A stretch of DNA of 52,567 nt, counting the filler, from Trypethelium eluteriae (lineage: Eukaryota): assembly GCA_051942245.1 (NCBI GenBank). It is 3 parts of 3 records of this genome, joined end to end, with 100 filler letters (N's around TTAATTAATTAA, not from the genome) between each part and the next. Parts side by side here need not be neighbours in the genome. Positions count along the whole stretch, not along the records: positions 35,141 to 52,567 come from JAVECL010000591.1; 2 more parts are not named here. The stretch is one strand, 5' to 3'. Of this stretch, positions 47,841 to 52,567 are shown piece after piece (position 1 is the first letter of the stretch; each line of letters begins with the position of its first letter). The notes below the pieces were generated by a model. It had not been told where the DNA came from. It saw nothing but the letters and a program-made list of their open reading frames with translations, and searched no databases. The position numbers and the translations under genes were made by a program.

Positions 47841-49832
47841 GGCGTGGGGGGAGCTAATAATACTTTATTGAACAACGAGATTCGGAACATCGAGCAATGT
47901 TTTTTGAGCTATCATTTTCAGTTCAGGAGTTAGTGATGAAGGAAGGACAGAAAGAAGTCCGGATTGTGACTTCAAATTCTTAACCTCTCAGCAGGGGAAC
48001 TCTATCTAATATAGCTTATAAATTGGACATTGTTACCCCTGTTGGGCCGGAAGAGGCCGGATCAACAAAGCCTACCTCAATTAATTATGCAACACATCAG
48101 CCCTCTGCACAATCGTACAGTTTACGGAATGTTTGCAGTAAGGGATACCATCCATCGATAAAGCAGGCTTTCGGGGGTCGCCGCTTCCATTCACAGTGGG
48201 TGTTATGGACGGAGTCGATGAAGGGACTTGCCCGTTGTGAAATTATAATAGGTTGGGCACTCCAGGAAAATGAGGGAAGCAAAGCCTGGTCGTCGGGTAA
48301 CATGAACCTTGGGATGCTTGATGGTACCCAGTCTGTCCATGAAGGTATCCTTAGAAGTAGGGCGAGAGTGGAATGAAATATTTTCAGATAATCCTGAGCT
48401 GCGAGTAGAGGGAGGGTAAGACGATGCGGGCCGGCTTACGGAGCAGAGGTCCTTCACAAACGAAGCCCCAATTAGATATCTTCAATACTTCATTCCGTGG
48501 TCCGTATTCCATCCATTATTAAGAACAGGAGTCGCCTGGATCGCCCCAGACAAGTATTCTATAGCATTCGCTCTCTTATAGAAAAACAATAGGGAATCTC
48601 TCCTGTCCCATTCTTCAGATAGCATCAGTCGAACTGGTGTGTAAATATTTTTCATAGGATGTGCCGCATTCATGCACAGATCTGGCTGGTCGAGTGGAGA
48701 ACATTGACTTATGCCTCGAGGCAAATTTGTGGCACCTTTGAACAGATAGAACAGCGAATTGTCTGAAGACGGGATTTTTCCAGAAGCCTTCCAGAATCCT
48801 TTCAGAATCCTTGTGGTTTTGTCTGGCCCCTCTGAAAGGATCGGGGAGTCGCACATCTCTCCAACGTCCTGTTAAGGAAGGTACATCCTATGAAGGAAGG
48901 TCCAGACAGTTCCTATGGATATTCGTTATACGCCACATTGTTACAGGGGATCAAACAATTCATGCGGTGCGATCCTCAGCTATGGCTTAGCAGAATCAGC
49001 AGCCATGGCCCATGTCCATTTTAACTGGCCCTAGACGGGGCTTCTAGTCCAATCAGTCGTAGACTCATTCTATTCCTGTGTTAGGCATTTTCTGCCGAAT
49101 CTTTGTGGAATATGGAGCAATTATACGCTTGCTTGGGATATTAGAGGGTGGCTCTTCGAAGGTAATTGAAAGCCACGCACTTTAGCCGAGAAAAGCGGTC
49201 GTTCGAGTCGGAATCACCAAGTTGGCCCTAAGCTGCAGTGGATTATGAGTGGTTGAGTTATCAGCGGTAACAGAGATAGATTCAAGGGTAGAAGACAAAC
49301 AAAGGACGTTCATTGTACGACTACAAAGGAGAAAAAGGTAGCAATAAATGAGGCATATCCCAGGCTCTTGGCTGGGCCGTCTACAAGCACGAGTCAAATT
49401 CCTGCACCAGACTCCATCAGAGAAGTGCTTTTCCATACATGACCCAGTGGTATCCTGATCCGCAGTTCCGTCGCCATGCAGCAGGTTGCGAGAGAAATAA
49501 ACCGTACATTGGTATGACAGTAGAATGGTGGAGAAAGGGGCGAAGCGGAAGAGATCGTAAACCCAAAAGCGTGACCCATTCGCCCGACTTGATGAGAGAT
49601 ATGGAAGAAAAGAAGTTTTGAGCCAAAGAGGCATTCCAGTCCAAAAAGGAAGACTTTGTTCATCATAACCAAAGAAATCGTCAAAGACCAGACAAGAGAT
49701 GGTGGTCAAATGTTCCAACGTCGTAGGTGGGTAGAATATAGCTTAATGCCAAACTCAACTCCACCGCCGTGCAATGGTCTTTTATTCGTCATCGTCCGGA
49801 TCACGTCTTTCACTGCAGTCAGAAGAGACGAA

Positions 49833-50915
49833 TCATCTTGACCCATACAGCCCCCAGCCACCTCTTCCTTGACCTCCTCCAGGGCTTACCATTCCCCCAC
49901 CATATCCCGACTGTTGGCCACCAGAGCCATGTTGTCCATAACTGCCACTCTGCCCTGGGCTGCCCTGACCTCCCAAACCCGGCATCTGCTGTTGCTGTTG
50001 TCTCATAACTTGGGCGCCGCGAAGGCGCTGCAGAGCAACCTCGGCAGCGTCTTCCTTGGCGTTGTGAACGTATTGGCCGTCGTACCAGTAACGGGCAGGG
50101 ATATAGTGGCCTTCAACCAGCACAGTACAGGACCAAGCCGTGCGGCCACCTAGAGGATCAGATGCATGGTCAGCAAAGGTTCGAAGGATGGTCTGCGATG
50201 AATAATGAGCTTTGTGAAGGATCGATGGTAAAATTTGGACCAAACAAAGGATATGAAATGCTTTCAATTGCCGACGAGGCAGATGGAAGGTGCCAGAATT
50301 TCAAGCCCTTCGAAGAGAAAGCAACCCCGAGTAACTTTAGAGGGATCTGCTAGAGCATTGAATGGCTCATTTGACCGCTGTTCACCTAGGCCAGTACGAT
50401 GGTGATGGTGATGCATGTTCCAAAAGGATGCAAACGCTGCCGAAATTAAGCCAAGCAATATTCGTGTAGAAGATGCCCAGGGTCAATCAAATGCATTCGT
50501 TGAAATGCGCCACGAGTGAAAAAGAAAATGGAGCGCCAGAAGAGCTGAATCACATTGCTTTTTGGTCATGTAGTCAGAAGTGTGAGGTGGTGAGAAAAGT
50601 GGTGAGAGTAATCAAGATAGGGGGGGCCGCTAGCAGTATAGTGACTTGCCACCCGCTACACCGCCATAGGGAAATATCTCGATACTGACCTCGACGATCG
50701 GAGACGATATTCCAGACTGGATCTCGCAGGCGAGCGGCTTTGCAATGATCTAATCATATAGACCACGTCAGTGCAATTGTGAAAAAAACCCAACACAACT
50801 GCTTCCCTTGGAAGGGGTAGTAGGACTGACTTTGAAGTTGTTCCTGCCAAGAGCTGCCGGCACTTGAAGCAGAAGATGCAGAAGAGGCATGAGAGTGGGA
50901 CTGGTTTGAAGACAT
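49833..50915 (-). CDS. Small dsRBD-like protein with Gly/Gln-rich tail, three exons
   Basis: SWQEQLQ|(x)HCKAARLRDPVWNIVSDRRG|GRTAWSCTVLV...ARYWYDGQYVHNAKEDAAEVALQRL, which fits the alpha-beta-beta-beta-alpha dsRBD pattern ending in AKxxAAxxAL. Intron 50150-50689 is phase-consistent. Confidence 0.8.
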
Positions 50916-52567
50916 GCTTGCACAAGATTGCGTCATGAACAGATCTCGTAGCGTTTCGGAGAAAATCAATCGCGCGAATTCCCTTTCTCGAATGAGGCAG
51001 GTGTGATGTGACGGTCTCGTTTTTTCCCAAGACTAAAAATGCAGATATAGCAGTCTAAAGACAGTGCCGAAGTGGAGCCCAAGTAGTAGGGCTAGGCTTG
51101 GAATTGGCAGAACTAGGGAGGCTCTAAAAAGCAAGGCCTGGATTTGGGCCACAAAAACGCCCCCGCCGGGGGATTTGAGAGAGGAGCGAGGCTGGCAAAG
51201 GGGAGAACAGCAAAAATGGGTTGGCACCGCTAATATTTGTGGGTTCTGCAAGCCGATTGGGGCGTACAGAAAACGAATCTTGGACAAGCGATTGCAGAAT
51301 CAGATTGGGTGCAGTAGCAGACCAGCGAACCTGGCAGATAGAAGGGAAGGCAGGTCTCGTTGAAGCGCATGGCTTCTTATACGTGGGTGTACATCAGCGG
51401 CTGACATTTTGGAAAGACAACAAGCAGATTACGTCGAGCCTCGTCCTACAGTCGGCCGTGGGGAGGCGAACGGATGCTGCTTCATCAACACCATATGAAG
51501 GTCTGAGGGAGAAGCGGATGGAGGCAGCGGGTAGCCGTTACCGCCTCAGCGGATGACACCGAAACGTAGCTTTTGGAATACGCAGGTGGTAGGGTTGGGG
51601 AGAATCTTGGAGGCAGCGTGATGAGGTGGCGAGCCGTGGACGGTGGTTGTCACTTGCGGGTTGGGGAGGGCTAATCTTGGATTGATTGCTTGCCTTGGGG
51701 GAGGGTTGCTCGCATGCCTGGCTTTTCTTTTCTCTTGATGCCCAGGAGGCTTTTGCTTAGAAGCCAAGGCCACACTGGGGAGAGGGTTAGGCCAGAGCAG
51801 GACTAGAGTATGACGGTGTAGGCCGGGCATTGACGCATTTGCTGCACACCACCATGACTGGTCCATGCATGCCGCGTGTGGGTAGTTCCCGAGGCTCGGG
51901 CCGTCAGCAACATGTAGCAATCGCTTGGACCCACCTGGCATGGAGGAGTGGAGTGGAGAGATTGAAGCTGCCGGTTAGAGTTGAGGTGTTGGCACCAGCC
52001 TCAGCTGGCGAGCTGCATGCTTCTCCCAAAGGGTCGTAGACTGGTCGTAGACTTGTTCGATGGCGCTGGAAAGAGGAGGTGGCCCTGATTCGGCGGCGGG
52101 AAAAACCAGTGGCATGTAAGTGGCAGATCGCAGGATGAGACACGTTGACAAGGCGGGTTGCGCTGGCACGCAGCGTCAACAGCCTCATCCTCATCCTCAT
52201 CTTCGAAGAGAGGAGGGTGATCCCGAGACGGACAGTCCGCGCTCTGGAAATCGAGAAAAAGGGCGGACGATGGCACTTTCTGCTATCGCGACGGCGGAGT
52301 GCGCCGATGTTCTGCAGATGGCATATGCGGCCAAAGGCGACATCACGCGATGTGCGCAATGGACCGCCACCATGATCCCACATCCCAAACACGCGTTCCT
52401 ACAGGCGGATGTGCGCATCATGGTCGCGCCCGGGCACCCAGTACCATGGCCGTCCAGGTCCGCCCGTTTGTGCCTTGGAAAAAGAAGCAAGTCACAACAC
52501 GGCCACGACGGGAAGGGCGTTGGCCTCAATTTCGGTCGCTTGCAGGCCCACGAGCCAGATCCTCCCC

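Noticed and set aside
48023..49770. Short ORFs between the NUDIX and dsRBD-like genes
   Set aside because: No recognisable domain or coherent exon chain.
51033..52567. Multiple short GC-rich ORFs at the right edge
   Set aside because: Low-complexity translations on both strands; more likely the 5' regulatory or UTR region of the dsRBD-like gene.

Overview
Filamentous ascomycete genomic DNA (intron-containing genes with GT..CTRAY..YAG signals), made of three contigs joined by artificial 100-nt linkers (44N-TTAATTAATTAA-44N) at 17479 and 35041. The first two segments hold ordinary fungal genes: SET/MYND protein, MFS transporter, HET protein, 2OG-Fe(II) dioxygenase, ketopantoate reductase, a CaaX-ending hypothetical protein, MIT-domain protein, COP9 subunit 3, S53 sedolisin and a Zn2Cys6 factor. 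The third segment is the most interesting. It carries an apparently intact DUF3435 tyrosine-recombinase 'captain' (44231-46504, minus strand) heading a Starship-like element. The cargo is a MADS-box-like gene, a secreted His1 LPMO-like protein, two tandem RING paralogs with a Cys-to-Asp ligand change, a tandem chromo-like protein and hypotheticals. A non-coding array of 27 phase-locked 17-bp units with a CCCTAGGG core sits in the middle. Two matching CCAATAGTAA-N8-TTACT sites (36006 and 46861) have tyrosine-recombinase-site architecture and may delimit an unusually small element of about 11 kb. A NUDIX gene and a dsRBD-like gene lie beyond the captain. All gene models and family calls were made by eye from motifs; no searches were run.
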